Origin: Isurus oxyrinchus
Lineage: Eukaryota
DNA length: 64,000 bases
NCBI GenBank assembly: GCA_026770705.1
Contig: JANJGN010000150.1
Coordinates: forward strand, 62,001 to 126,000
Direction of reading: 5' to 3'
The stretch's first letter is position 1; every line of letters starts with the position of its first letter. The translations under genes were made by a program, and so were the position numbers. The notes under the pieces were generated by a model. That model saw only the letters and a program-made list of their open reading frames with translations. It did no database searches and had not been told where the DNA came from. This document shows positions 62,400 to 64,000 of the stretch, piece by piece.

Positions 62400-62512
62400 T
62401 AAAACCACAGGCAGTTCACAGAAACCCACAGGAAACCCACAGAGAGACAGTCACTGAGAAAGTCACTCACTCCTTGTGGTTTCACCTTCTAACCACATCC
62501 TGTCTGTGTGGC
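62400..62512. promoter_or_regulatory. Cluster of RUNX sites with an ETS-RUNX composite (reverse complement CAGGATGTGGTT at 62491-62502)
   Basis: AACCACA at 62403 and 62491, TGTGGTT at 62475, CAGGAAA at 62429. Confidence 0.4.
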
Positions 62513-63891
62513 TTAAATGTTAAACACAGCGGCCACACTCAGGGAGGTTTCACTCTGTGAAGCGCTTGCTCTCTCTCTCTCACAAAAACACACACAGACA
62601 CACACACACAGACACATACACAGACACACCCATACACACATACTCACATACAGAGACACACACACTCACTCACACACACACACAGACACGCACACACACG
62701 TACACAAACAGACATACACATGCTCACACACATACACAAACACACATACACACGCTCACACACTTACAGACAGACACANNNNNNNNNNNNNNNNNNNNNN
62801 NNNNNNNNNNNNNNNNNNNNNNNNNNNNNNNNNNNNNNNNNNNNNNNNNNNNNNNNNNNNNNNNNNNNNNNNNNNNNNNNNNNNNNNNNNNNNNNNNNNN
62901 NNNNNNNNNNNNNNNNNNNNNNNNNNNNNNNAGACAGACACAAACACACTCACATTCTCACACACACACAGACACTCACTTACACACACCCAAACACACA
63001 CCCAAAGACAATATCCTGACAGCAAACTGTGATTTAGAGCTTCCTACAACTTAACTAACTGACCAAAGATGTATTGAACTGTCTAAAAGTGACCTGTTTT
63101 GCAAAGAAATACAAGATTGTACACAGATCAAAAATGGCTGACACAAGTCATCTGATAGCTGATACTGTGAAGTTGATCACTTCTCTGGAAAAGTTCAAAT
63201 GAATTGCACTGCAGACCTGTTGCAGGAAGGTCACGCCTGGGGTGTGTCAGGGTTCACTGCAAACAGGGACACTCTTAAAAGGAAAGCATTAAAATGCAAA
63301 GTGCTGGACTTTGAGCAGCTGTAGTTCTATCAAAACAGTGGGAACTGCTCACCAAGCGGATAATCATCAGCCATTCAAAACCCCCTGTGGAGGATGCAAT
63401 ACCCCCATCTCCTGTTGATTTATATCTTGAAATGCATCAAATGTTTTGGAGATGCAAAGATAAAAAATGTGAATACTTGGCCTTTAACAATGAATGCAAA
63501 ACATGCTGATTGAATTCCCTTTCAGGAATATACAGACAGGAGTTTAACAAATGGTTCTGCCAAGCAGATATAAGAGAAAGGAGGAGGAAAAAGAAATATG
63601 GCAGTCATCTAAAAACCCTGCTAGAAAAGAACAGAAATGATTTCTCCCTCTCTCCCTGTCTCTCTCTCTCTCTCTCTCGCACCTTCTTTCTCTCTCTCTG
63701 TCTGAAGCTAACAGAGTGTCTTCAATCATGTGCAAGTCTGAGCCAGATGAAATACAGGATTCTACAGCAAACCAACTAATTTAAAACAGCTTCAAACTTC
63801 ACAAACTATGCTGCAGTATGATAACTCTTTGATTTTTTTTTTAATTGGGCTCCATAATTATTTTACCTCTGATATCTGTGTGTGTGTTTGT

Positions 63892-63935
<44 letters not shown>

Positions 63936-64000
63936 CTTCCTGTGTGAGCGTGTGTGTGTGTCTGTGCCTGTCTGTGTGTGGGTGTCAGTGTGGTGTGTGT

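Overview
Vertebrate genomic DNA, most likely from a shark or other cartilaginous fish (inferred from the repeat content). The window holds a tandem cluster of Siglec-like Ig-superfamily receptor genes, all on the + strand. I rebuilt the exons by hand from GT-AG sites and intron phases. Gene A (4772-10728; leader outside the window) is V-C2-C2 with an Arg-containing TM and a short tail, i.e. activating-type. Gene B (13830-17269) has a leader, V, C2 and a broken second C2. A microhomology deletion at ~18595 removed B's activating TM exon and joined B in frame to gene C (27386-38065: V-V-C2[missing a Cys]-TM-tail with a degenerate ITIM and an ITSM). Gene D (42890-59015) is intact: leader-V-V-C2-(C2)x6-TM-ITIM/ITSM, about 1064 aa. 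The cluster looks like a paired activating/inhibitory Siglec family. It has hypervariable C-C' and F-G loops, gene-conversion mosaics, tandem V-V heads with an apparently compensatory Cys, and a stalk whose length varies by exon copy number. The rest is degenerate CR1/L2 LINEs, Gypsy/LTR relics, Penelope-type hairpins with hammerhead-like motifs, 33-bp minisatellites, microsatellites and five N gaps. Orthology to named SIGLEC genes cannot be established without a search.
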